From Acanthaster planci (lineage: Eukaryota): a DNA stretch of 64,000 nucleotides. The stretch is from assembly GCF_001949145.1 (NCBI RefSeq), contig NW_019091358.1, positions 2,118,240-2,182,239 on the forward strand. The letters are read 5' to 3'. The notes below the pieces were generated by a model. That model was not told where the DNA came from. It ran no database searches and saw only the letters and a list, made by a program, of their open reading frames with translations. A program made the position numbers and the translations under genes. This document shows positions 1-12,454 of the stretch, piece by piece (position 1 is the stretch's first letter; every line of letters starts with the position of its first letter).

Positions 1-3000
1 TGTTTTAAACATGAAGGATTAAAAGAAACACAAGCCACTGATTAATACCTTATTAATATTATTATTAACATTATTGGGTTATCATCTCCGTCTTATCACA
101 GTTGCTTGTCGCAGGGGAAGAAGTTAACATGATAAAAAGAAAAGAAGGAAAAAAAATTCTCATTCCGATGTTCAGCTTTGAGGACCCGCGGCAGCAATAC
201 TGTTTCGTGTGCGTGTGCTTCAGGCATGACTTTCGTTAGCCACCAGGCGTGTCCGTACTTACAGTTCGGTAAATCGATGTTTACTAGACTGCGTGGAATC
301 CAAAAATCCATAACGTTGGCAATACAGCCCACTAGCCACCGCTGGACTTGAAAACAAAAGTTGTCTCACTGTGACGCTGACCGTATAAGCTGTGTAACCT
401 TTGTTGCGTGTAAAGAATAATTAATGGAAAGCGTAGATGTGGATCTTACTCTTTGACATGTACTTCAGAGAGAGAGATTTCGTATTTTCGCATTAGTATG
501 CCATTTATAAAGAGGATTCAGGCTGGAAATGCAATATTTTTGTTGTAGTTAATTACCTGAGAATTAAAGTGTTTGTCACTTCGTCCGAATAACCAAAATA
601 TGACGTATGACCTCTCATCAAATCAAGCAACCTTTTTGTTGGAGGACTCATTGTCACTGGGAAATTCAACCACACCTTTTTGTTTCCTTTCCCTTCTCTC
701 ACAAAATCCAATCCGATTGTAGCTATGCCTGGAATTAATACGGACGCTGGAACTCAAGTACATACAACCACCATTAAAATTGGCCTTTTATCAGTCATCA
801 CTCCCTCCATTTCTTATTTGTGATGAGTTGCAGTGCCAATAAAGAAAGGCACTAAAATCAGAATATGTAGAAAAACGTACGTAGGTACAGAGCTGCACAA
901 TCCAAAGGGTAAAAAATTAGGGCTCCTTCACACAGGAACAACCACATGAACAACCACCCCCGAAAAAGGGTTCAGGAAATGCATGCGCGCGCTGTAGCAG
1001 TGGTAAGCTTAGACGTTAGTTGCGGTCTACTCGCCGCTTGTTCACTTTGTACCAATACATCTATGATGGGCAATGCAGTAGCACTCCTGTCACTTAATAC
1101 TTTCACTTAGCTTCAGCCAACAATAGTCTCCCAGCACCTTAGAGTAATGCAGGCTCTAATGTGTCTCCTAATTTGTGGTGCGGACTATCTGAAAACTAAT
1201 GGCTGCGTCCCTGCAAATCTATATGCCCATACCCTGACAGCCAAGACAGACACAGAACTCACCTGACAGTGAGAGGTATGCTACAGCAGTGGTTGCGATC
1301 GGTGTTTCAAAACTGAACTGTTCTCACACAGTTGACGATGTCTGTTTTCGTGACTTTCCGTCGCATTATTTGCTTTGCGTTGTGGGCTATGGCTGACGGA
1401 ATTTGAAAAAGTGTACGGGTGAAAGTAAAACCTCCCTTATTCATTAATTTGCACTTTGTGAACAGGTAAATGGCCAGATACTTGATATTTTTTTTAGCCC
1501 TACAACATTGAAATACTACAAAGTCCTTATGGATTTGACACGGTTAAGGTAATAAAAAGTATCTATGTTGGGCCTCTTTATGTGGCCAAGAAATGTCAGA
1601 CTTCGTCAATTTTTTTTTTCTGACGAAGCTTGAAACTTTAAGTTCTTTGTTCTCAGTTTAATACCATGGTTTTTCCCATGTGTGTTGAAATCAGCTTCAC
1701 AATTGACTACAGAGTATGTCGTACAATGACAATATACAATACAGTTGGGGAAATGCAAAGATTGGAAAAAACAACTCTACAAGAAGCTGGGGTGTAGACT
1801 GTAATGATGAATATTACGGCCACAACTTTCAAGACAAAAATGCGTGAGCTGTGGGGGGGGACCAGGACACAAAAATACAATAACTAGGAGGAAAAGTAGA
1901 AAATTGTTGGACGTTCATTATGGATAACCAGGACACAGACTATTCGGAATTCAAGTCATCCACATTTGCATCACCCCCGCCGCACGGGTCTAATCTCACC
2001 GCATATGGGATGGGAGGGCTCTGTATGTCCTTGCTGTGTTTCAGTTATTAATGCCCAAGAAAAGAAATTTCGCTGTGGGCAAGGCATTACAATTTTCCCA
2101 CCACCCAGGCCTTGTTAGGCCTTGGTAAACCGTATGACCTCGGGCTCTAACATGATGAATTTCAATCCCGCCCGGGCTCACGCGGCCTAATAATTTCAAG
2201 TTTTGGGTATATCAATGAGGGCATTTCTTACCTGAGGGGATGCTGGCGCTATCATTATCTAGTCATTACATCTCAAAAGCTGCCCGAGGCCGTATTGACG
2301 ACAGTGCGGTTGCCCAGTGGCCAGCCGTGACAAGGCTTGTCAAGTCACGTAACCAGCCCTTACCAGAGACGCTCCGAGCATTCAACAGAAGAGCCTTAAC
2401 TTCCGCCCAGGCGAAAGTTCATTCTGTGTGCGGGATTGAATTTTAGAGTTCGTGCCTAGACTTCAGTTTCTGTAACCCTCTACATTTTAACCACCTTACA
2501 GTTTGTACAGTGGGAGGCGAATAACCGAACGGGTGTTTAGATTCCAGGTTTTGAAATGCATGTTGGCTTTTGCATGTTTGCAGAGATTTTGAAAATCTAA
2601 GACCTGAAATAAAAAAGCTTGTCTGACCTGTCAGCACTTAATTCTCTTCCTCTCAAAATCGAACATCAGTATGGTTTCCATGGTTTCCATCCTAAGATGA
2701 CTTAGGCTTTTTTTTTACCATAAATCTCACTGTGCATATTCAGGAAGCGCTTTTAATTCGACGGTAGCCATTCATTATTGCACACCCATCCACCCCCCGG
2801 TAAAAATTGCAAGCTTTTAGATGTACAATACCGTTTCAGGGAATATGTCTTATATAGTTGTATTTAGAAAACAACAATCCAGTGAATGGTCCCTTTAGTA
2901 CTACTACGCCTCTTAAACATAGAAACAACCTTCTTAAACATAGAAAAATCAACCAACAGAATTCAAATAATGACACCGGTGAACGTATTAGGTTATGGGA

Positions 3001-3311
3001 ACCGACCAACCCGTCGATTGATGAACCACTATCCGAACACATGAAAGTTCTAGTTAATAACATGTAGCGGTTAAATATGCTAAGGAAGTAAAATTGTTAT
3101 GAGAGGAAAGGAATCTGTCATCTCTGCGTTGACATGAAAAACGAGGAATACGCCGTTATTTTCAGTAAAGCATTCTATAACCTGAATGTCAGCATCGCGC
3201 AAGGAAGTTTTGTGTTAGATTGACTTCACATTCAGTTCGTGACACATACTCCTTTAATCAGTTCCTTGTTAATTGCGACAGAATTTTCTTTGTGGTATCT
3301 GGACTAGGATC

Positions 3312-3345
3312 TTATTTTTTATTTATTTATTTATTTATTTTTTTT
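3312..3345 (+). repeat. (TTTA)n / T-rich microsatellite
   Basis: TTATTTTTTATTTATTTATTTATTTATTTTTTTT read directly. Confidence 0.85.
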
Positions 3346-6300
3346 AAACTTGCGATAGCGTGCTAAGGCGACTTCACGGCATTGGCCATGCTCGATTCAT
3401 TTCCCCCATAGCACGGCTCAATTAAGATTGCATATCGCCAGGGTGATAAGCACTCACGTTATTATCTTATCACTAACTTTGGAAATGCCCATCGTTGTCG
3501 AATCCCTCCATCGGTGAAAGTGAGCAGAGATTTGGTGTGTTGTGCAGCACGAACACATCCGCTGATAAGCCTGGCCACTCGCCTCTCTGTTCACCGCATA
3601 ATATGCGTTGATATCGTAATCCGCCTAGTTGAAAGTTAATACGCCCATGGATACACCACAACACAGCGCTGTAGATCGGCAGAAAATCTTCACGCTATCT
3701 GGGATTGTTTTACCCGGGCCTTTTGAAATCGGAAAACTGAGTTTGAGGGGAAGTGCAACAACCCAGAAGTTCAAGGATTTAGTGTGAAGAGGTTAAACCT
3801 AAAAGAGCCGGGGACCTCACTTGTAATGAAAAAGAGTGTCTCCACATGCATAGGGCCGCGTGCGAATTACTAGGCTATGGCTTGAAATTACACACGACTC
3901 TAAGGGTACTCTCTGTGGCCGCTACCATAAACTCGTGCATAATTTCAGGTGACAGCCAAGTAATTTGGACACAGCCTGAGTTTTATAAAATCGATCATAG
4001 GCATAGGCCTAACCGAGTTCTTCGGGGCAGAATAAATATGTTTCAAGAGACTGACATTTCTGATACTCTTAACGTTTGCGATTCTTGAAAACAGGACAGT
4101 TTTAGATAAGCATATAGAAACGCCGGGCTATGTCAAGGAAATAATTAGCTGCAATTTGAAAATTATATTTGAAAAATAGAATTTCAAGATCCAAACATAA
4201 AGTGACAGTCTCTTCATTCCCATCAAGCAGGTATTTTGTGTTTCCCTTTCTATGTCACTCGTTGTAATTCTACTCGTTGCAGAAATCAAATTGTCTTTTC
4301 GCTCGCGTATATCAGGACGGTCACGCCGTTGATCCAACCGAAAACATGCCCACACTTCAGCGAGCGCTAATGGGCCGACGCGAGTTAAATCTGGATCCCA
4401 TAATGGGTCCGAAGGGTGCTTGCCCAAACCGTTTTCCATGCCTCCAAATCTTGACTCCGCCACTCACCTTAATCCGCGGTACGTGTCCTGCCTTCCTGAG
4501 ACTGAGAGGACGTGTTCAGGAAGAAAACACCGGCTCCCGCGGCGACATGCTTGATCGGACAACGGCTCTACGATTCCGTGCGGGAGCTCATTCGTGCAGA
4601 AAGAGCGTAGATCCTCCAGCTACAAGCAGATGGGACAAAGTTTAAGGAGTCCCCAAACAAATAAAGTGCAGTGATCTGTTTGGTCTAGTGCTCAACTTTG
4701 TTGGTATACGGCTCGATTTATTTTCATAAGCAATGCACACTTGCCTGCTTTGACGTCTCGCTTAAACAGGGCTTTTTCCTATTTCCAATGTCATGTCTAA
4801 AATTGTGGATTGAATGCACAGAGAACAAGACAGCTACTACATTTCTTAAAGAATGTCTTGAAACACATTTAACGAATTTTGGCAAATCATAAAATGTCTG
4901 AAGAAATTATGAGCAACCGCTTTGATTAAAAGCCACCCACCATACGGATTTGAAATACTCCAACTGGGAAGACCATATTAGGCGCCGTCAGGCCTTCAAA
5001 TGTAATAATTAAGCTACTATTACCAGTTCACATGAGAATACGAACGCAAATACGGACATATAGTATTATGTTCAGCACTGCCGCTGTTAAAGTCGGTAAA
5101 AAAAATAATTTCAACTTAGTTGAATTCCACCACGATTATTAAATGGCATCTAGCATTCCTCTTCATGCCAATTTTCCCAGAAACTATTGTAATAAGTAAC
5201 ATAACAACAGGCAAATACACTTTTACACCACTCCCTTTTCAATGTATTATTTTGAACCGGATAAATACGGAAGCTTAATTTTGTTCGAGGAGCATTTAAA
5301 CAATAAGTATACACACGTCGTTTGGGCTTTCAAATCAGCAGATTTGGCGGGATACCAGTACTACCCAGCAGCTTTCAGGTAGTCAGACGGCACATCGCCA
5401 CAACGGCAAAAATCCCTTGCACATGTTCATAAAATAGGCACGACGCTACATCATCATCCCCTGCAGGTGTTACTCCGCCAGGCTAGTATCGTGCTCCGTC
5501 TTCAAAGCAACCATGTAACTCAACCTGACGAAAGTGCTTCACGCCCTGCATGCGCGGCACGGCGTGTGCGATAAATTTCATTGTCTGACATCAAGGATAA
5601 TTATAAAACTCGAAGCACTTTGGGAATGTTCAGTAGGTTTGCCTGTGCTGAGATATCGACGATGAGCTTGTTGCTGATTGCAATCAGGTATACCTAGTTC
5701 CTGATTAAAACAACAACGGCATAACAACTCTTTTTTTTTTAGTTTGCCTTTGTAATAATTGTAATACGAATTGTCCAGATTTTAAGTTTTCGGAAATGGG
5801 ACACTCCTTGTCAACACCAAGTCTTTTTATTTATTAATTCGTTATACACGCAATGTTGATAATTGAAACCCCCCCCCAAAAAAATCCACACAATTACTCC
5901 ACTTCCTAAAACAATATTCAGCTGTCGGCAATAGGCCCTGGTAAATCTATGTAAATATATAAAAGTGCAACAACTGTCAGAAAGTCTATTTGGTTTTGTA
6001 CCGACTGCTTGTTTTTCTCGTCTAGAAACTGAATTAAGATGTATCTCACGTAAAGTGCAGGATCCCTTCTAAATCTTATACTGCTTTTCCCTCCGTTTTC
6101 ATAACTGATTTCGGTCATGAAGGTGTTTTGACAAAAATCCAGAATAATTTTTGAGTTGTGGGGGCGATGCCACAATTCCCATTAGCGATACCAAACCCCT
6201 TCCCACAGGAAAAAATCCTCCACACCTGTGTGTTTTGCTCTTGTTAACGTGTAACCGTATCTGGACTCAATTTCAGACCAAGTCATCCGCTGCAAACACC

Positions 6301-9300
6301 GGCTAACGCCGGATAACACCCTCAGCTCACCTTGTTTTTACCATGGCAACACAAGCGCGTGTCATTAGCTGCGTCCTTGTAGACTGTAATGGGAATTTCT
6401 GCTCGCCTACCGGCAAACTACCATTTCAGAAATCCCTACCCACCTTTAAGCTATGATCCAGATGATAATTGACTCGAGTTATTCGTACATATTTGTTTTA
6501 ACTTTTTGTTAGTAATAAATTTCTGACAATGTCAGGGGTTGTAGGAAAGACTGTACAGTCCATAGCATACTACTTCCCAGATAAAATAAAATGAAATCTT
6601 TGCGGTGTATAAAATAAGGATAACATATGTATCTGTGTAATGAGACATTAACACAATGAAACGTTAAACAAAGGTAATGGAGTACATAAAATGAAAACAT
6701 TCAAAAGATTCCCAGGCTAAAAGGAAGCATTGCAATGAGAAAAGCTATACAACTAAAGCCCCCCAAAAATAATAACAATAAACAACGATACGACTGCACA
6801 ACAAAAACAAGAAAAACGAAAAATTGGGATAAGAACAACGAAGCTGGAAAATATCAAGCAGGGACTTCCGCCCGCAGCTCTTTTAGGGTTAAAACAATCA
6901 GTGAGGCAAACAAAATGGTACATTTTGGCTATTATCATTTCGCCAAATTCTCAAAAGCTGGAGGAAACTACTTTATGTTCATGAAGCCCTTTAGAAACTT
7001 AAAACATATAAGCCTAACCAAAGAATATAATTTTCCACTAGTTTGAAATGAAAAAAAATAACTTTTTTCACAACATTATCAGAGTAAAACCATTCTTAAC
7101 GTTCCTACGGACGTGGTTTAAATTTTACGACAGTGGTCACTTTAGTTTAATTGTTTCTTTACCATGACTCCGAAATATCTCTCAAAGTTAGTGGTCCATA
7201 ACATATTATTTCCAATATCTACAAATACTGGCGAGAATGGTGCTTTAATGATTTATTCCAAACTTTACACTTGTCAATGTTAAATTTACCTTCTAATGAT
7301 CTCACCATTTACAGGACGAAATTTAAGTCAAATTATAAAATCGCAATGTCACTATAGAGCCTGAAGGTAAAAGGTCACACAGCGAGCTTCCGGAAACCTC
7401 GCATGGTCCGCCTATTTGGATTTTACATGGGCCGTCCTATCAAATCCTTATAATTTTTGTAAGAAAGATTTTAACTGAAACCACCCCAAGAAACACTCAT
7501 GTCGAAATTTTCCCCTTGTCCTCCTCAAGTAATATTGAGGAAAAGTCACCTGGAGATAGGTAAAAAACGAATTTCATTAACGACCTTTTGCTTCCGGCAG
7601 TATCGTTCCTAGGTCTCCTTGTCTCATGCACGTGAGTTTTCATTCCCCGTGCTTATACGTGGAAACGAAATTGTACAACTTTGCAATGGTTTACCTACCT
7701 GCAGTCGATGGGTTCCAGATTCCGTTGAGTTGATGTGACGTAGTTCTTGTCAGCAAAGGTTAGATAATACATGATAATCTTTCGCAAAAACATGTTATTG
7801 CTTTAAGTTTAGTTCCCCATAAATTTCAAAATCGTTAAGAAATTTTGGTCTGTTTTTATTTTGGATTTAACCAAAAGACTACCATAATCTGTGATTCCGT
7901 AATTGTTCATCTGGGTACGAGACCACTGAGTTGCACTGTTCTGGATGTATTTTGGATTTTCGTAAGTGAGAGGTCAATGTTTGGGAGAATATTTCTCTTT
8001 TAAGTCAGGTCATTATTGAACGTTATTGTTTTTATCCAATGGTTCTGGGAGCACGCCATCAGCGATCAACCTTCAGGCTCTATTCGGGATAATGGGCTGA
8101 AATAAAACACAGTTATCAGCACATGAGAAAAAAGTGGAGTGAATAGTTTGTAAGATGCAATTTTTGTCCGAGACAGGTACCCTTGGGTAAGCCACATTTT
8201 ACACAGGACCAAGACGATTTCGGCTAAAGTGCACTCTACTCTCTTTACAATTTATAATCCAATGATTGTTTGAGTAACTATTACAAAGTAAGATATTTTT
8301 AAGCAGAATGTGACAATAAATTCTGTCAAGAGATTTACCTTGTAAAAGAATGTAGTATCGGCATTACTATACCAAGCGTCCAAGCTGTTACCTCTATCTT
8401 GAATAGCATCTATTAATTAACTACCGTACTTAAGAACGTTTGGCCTTAAACCTTGCTAATTTTCATCGAGAATAATGTCATTGTGAAGTTTGTTAGTATT
8501 CTGTTTTTTCCTTCTTTCAGCTGTTTACACACAAACAGTGTGCGAAAGACAGGCCTGTAATTACTAGGAACTTCCTGCGTTCCTTTTTCGAACTAGGGAA
8601 CCAGATCAGCCCTTCGTCGTTCATTAGGTACAAGCACATGCCTTCTCCCTCGAGAGCGTCATTACATAATTCGCAAGGTGCAAGGCACTCAGCTCCATTC
8701 TTGAAACAGTTCTGGGTAAAATGTTATTAGACGTTGACTGTTACTTACTTCTATGTCTTAAAATGATTCAAAACTTTACATGACGTTAACTATATCCCTT
8801 ATAAGTTTAACACTGGGTTGGGACGAGAACGGAGTTCAATACAGCCAGCACGAATATCAAAACAAAGATTTCAACTGAACAGCCAAGCTTCATCTATCAT
8901 ATGTGCGTCAGTATTTTTTTTTACCACAATAGCAGTGGCACATCTTTCAGCAGACTTACAAGCCTAATTGTACTATCTCTCGGGACTACTGTGAAGATAT
9001 GGCAAAACGCTCTTAAATTGATAAGTGCGGCTACTATTGTTGTAACATTTCAATCTCAAACCTGGCTTCTGGTGGTATTCGGCTGGGTTATGTGTTTGTA
9101 TTCTTAAACATACTGTTTAGTTTCGATTTGTTCTTTAAATCTCGCCCGTAACATGTGGAGTGATGTCTTGTTTGTCAGTGTTGTATTCGACGTCACTAAC
9201 GCCTTTGTGAGGTATACAGTAAAATCAATTATACTAAAAAGCAAACAGGAGTTGGGGCCAGTAATATTGTAAAAATATTTGTGGTGTTTTCTTTGGAATT

Positions 9301-10049
9301 AACTACAGCCTATTGCAGTGACCAGGAAACAGAAAGAAAACATATCTAACATTAGATTTACTTTTGCCGTCAGGAATATGTTTTTAAAGGTTTTTGATGC
9401 CCTTTTTCTATTATCCATGCATATGTTTGTAATTTTATTTTGTCACTCCAAAACATCACTTTTCAAATTTTTTTTTACAAGTTTGGCTGAGACTGATCAA
9501 CAACATGTTGCACACCACAGGACAGTTAGGTTCACGAAAAACAAAATGCGCTGTTTCATCACAGAGAGTGATCATGAGATCCCATAAAATACCTTTTTGT
9601 GTAAATTCCGTAATAAAAAATGATTCAAATAAAAGTAAAAATCTTACAAATAGCTTGGCTATTTATTCCCAAAAGAAGTCCAAAAGAAAGCGTTTGATAA
9701 GGGCAACAACTGCAAATGAACACTTCGGGTATAAAGCCTAATAAAAAGCAACTGCGCAAGTACTAAATTGGATGTTGTAGTCAGATCATTTCAAGTGCCA
9801 ACGATGGCGTGAATATTCAACTTCCTATACTGCAGTACACAACCTTTTAGGGATGCAGATTACCTACGAAAAATAGCGGCGATGATCATGGGGTACAAAG
9901 GGGGCTTATGGTTGCGACCAGGTGGTGCGTAGCAAGCATGCGCTGCGCTCTGGCGATGGACATACCAGGCATGCCAGAAAGCGGTAATTGGTCAGATGTT
10001 AAGACCCGGGCAGTGCAAACTCCTTCTGTGTCCTTCCTCCATGGTTAAG

Positions 10050-10504
10050 TTGTGCGAGCTCCCGCCAAAATTTTGGCAAGATTTCGCCTGGAGTTCCATA
10101 CATGTCGTGCGACTGTAGCACGACATTTGCGCGCCATTTGTACGACAAAATTGCGAATATTTTACCCTCACGCCTGGAATTTGATATTCTTTATTTTTGC
10201 CGTCAACCAGTCACATCTTTGTTTCATAGATCGCCAAACCCTCATAAAGTTGTCTCATATTTCTCGCACTTTCTGACTCACGGACTAAATTGTTCGAGAC
10301 GGGTTCGAAATACCCGCGACGACCCTGTAACTATTTGGAGGGGGAAAAAAGCTGTCGCATCAACATTTTCAACATGCTCAAAATTGCCGCTATCCGTAAC
10401 GGAGACCCGGCGACTCAAGCAAGGAAGTTGAGAACCCTGAGAAACATTATTTTCGGAAACTCTTTTGTAATTTGTCGCAGTCGCAGCCTAGTCAGACACG
10501 GGCT
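10050..10504. mobile_element. One-ended Harbinger-like MITE remnant
   Basis: Right terminus ...GTCGCAGTCGCAGCCTAGTCAGACACGGGCT followed by TAA (10505-10507). The CpG-rich interior has many GCGAC/GTCGC/ACGAC motifs and the imperfect palindrome TTTTCAACATGCTCAAAA. No matching left TIR found; left boundary approximate. Confidence 0.55.
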
Positions 10505-10905
10505 TAATGCGGTTTCAAGAAGTAAGCACACAGTGGAGGGACTTGACGAGGCTTTTATGAAGGAAGACGAAAAAAGGAATTTTCCTGAGTTCTGTGGAAT
10601 AGCTTTATATGTCTGGGATAAGGGGTTCAAACAACATTCTAAAGTAGCAGTGTATTACGCAATAAGTAATCACCAATGTGGAAAATGTGCATCGGGCGGA
10701 TCGCCTGTCGCTCAGCGTTGTAAAACGTTAGCCATTACATGCCAGTTAATCACTTAGCGCAAGAGCATCGGAACAACCACCGTGGAAATACAACAAAGAC
10801 ATTCGCCGCAAAAAGTGCTTATTATAATTCATGGCAGGTACTGAGATGCCTCTCCAGAGATACATTATGTTACAGGTTATGTCGTTCGCTTAGGTGCTGT
10901 TCCAT

Positions 10906-11072
10906 CAGCGGCGTGGCCAGGATTCTCAACGCGGGAAGGGGGGGGGTGACTGGATGCTGGATTATACATGTGCATAATCGTGATCACATCAGGATATGAA
11001 AGTGGGGCACGACGGGGGGGACGACCTTTTATTGGGTTGTGCGCCCCAGCCCCTGCCTCAGCCACTCCGCTG
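10906..11072. mobile_element. Intact 167-bp non-autonomous hAT-type MITE
   Basis: TIRs CAGCGGCGTGGC and GCCACTCCGCTG (11/12 match). Perfect 8-bp TSD TGTTCCAT at 10898-10905 and 11073-11080. G-run-rich interior. An 8-bp TSD with CAG-start TIRs is typical of hAT elements. Confidence 0.88.
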
Positions 11073-11419
11073 TGTTCCATGTTAGATACCTCACTGGCCC
11101 ATAACCTTCTCCCACAAGAGGGATATCCAACAAGCACGTAGGCTTATGTCCACCTAGCGCGGCCGGTGTATCAATTTAGTTTAATGGGATTGTATGGGGT
11201 GTTGTATGACAGGGATAGCCATGTTCTGATCCCGTCTCCTGCGACTACGGCTTCGAACTTTGAATAAAAGAAGCAGGAGTGAAGAGCCGTAGCTGGTGTT
11301 TGATACTTGTGAATGCCGTAGTCTGACATGGAGACGTCGTTTCCATCACAAAAAACTTTCTGGCGTTCACTGTATGGCACCAATTAATACATATTAATTT
11401 GAGGAAGGAAACATACATG

Positions 11420-11586
11420 AAGGTTTGGAGAGGTTCCCCTCGAGACATGTTTGGGAAACATTACTACTGCCTTTCTGTTGTGGATTGGAAATTATTTTAC
11501 TAATGAAAGTGGGACTGGCAATTGCTTTTAGACAAAAATCGTCATGCCCCACCACCACCGCCCCCCAAAGCCTGGATACAACACTG
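11420..11586. mobile_element. Probable partial hAT-like MITE (right end only)
   Basis: C-run followed by CCTGGATACAACACTG (reverse complement CAGTGTTGTATCCAGG), the same end style as the element at 10906-11072. No clean left TIR or TSD; left boundary approximate. Confidence 0.3.
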
Positions 11587-12364
11587 ATTATGCAAAACAG
11601 GTAGTTCCTGCATTAACTTTCTGCGCTGCACAGTTCCATCAAATAATATTCGCCTTTAACTGTTGCTAGAAATTTTGTCCAGTGGAAATTTTTCTCTTTC
11701 TGGTGATGAAACAAACAATCTGGCAAATAAGTCACCTGACATTATGAAATATAATGGATGGAATGATCAAAGTAGAACTGTACCAAGTTAGTCGGTGAAA
11801 TGAAAAGAGACGAGTAAGGGCTTAAGCATCTAATATAATTGGTGCAATCAGGTCATACATTTTACTCATGTAAATGCCGAAGACGAGACAGGAAAACACC
11901 TGACAGATGTTAGGCAGGTATTAACGTTGTCCATTAGACGCAACCTGTCAGGTGGAGCTTGCAAAGTGACCTTTCTGACTGTACCCATTTGCCATGTGTA
12001 AGATCGTTTTTACATGTGTTGTTTCCTACCTTCATGGTTTGAGATGTATGTCTTTCATATTAAGCATATGAATCTTTTGTGTCTGCTACTAAATGCCGAC
12101 AAGTGAACATAAATCTATGACTCAATCAAGATAACATTATAGCTGCGGATGTAAGACACTTGTATTCCTTGGCCTGTTTTTGATGCAACGTATACTGTTA
12201 ACAAAAGTTGGAAAACTGTTCATGAAATACCTAAACTTTGACTTTAAAAAATTTCTCATTGACGGACTGTACCATAAAATGGAAGTTCGCTCTTCATCTT
12301 AAGAATTGATATTCTTTTTGTACACTAAAAATAATAAACACACACACAAATAAAATTAGTCATA

Positions 12365-12454
12365 GTGGTGCAGCAAAGACTTGTCCCAGGGACCTTAGCG
12401 TCAGTTGACCCTCCGAAGTAGCTCATACCTCCGCACTATTGTGCCACAGGGGAC
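12365..12454 (-). mobile_element. Possible degenerate tRNA-derived SINE head or tRNA pseudogene
   Basis: Minus strand reads GTCCCCTGTGGCACAATAG (A-box-like), ACTTCGGA (like an Arg-TCG anticodon loop) and AAGGTCCCTGGGACAAGTC (degenerate B-box). It does not fold into a proper cloverleaf by eye. Confidence 0.3.

Noticed and set aside
2911..2946. Short direct duplications (also about 44162, 55961, 56911, 61100) as CRISPR-like or functional arrays
   Set aside because: Only two copies each with no spacer periodicity; ordinary slippage duplications in a eukaryotic genome.
4128..4645. Overlapping ORFs on both strands in a CpG-rich patch
   Set aside because: Explained by stop-codon scarcity in GC-rich sequence; no domain recognised.
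10052..10757. Overlapping ORFs up to 155 aa
   Set aside because: Largely within a CpG-rich MITE remnant; no transposase or other motifs.
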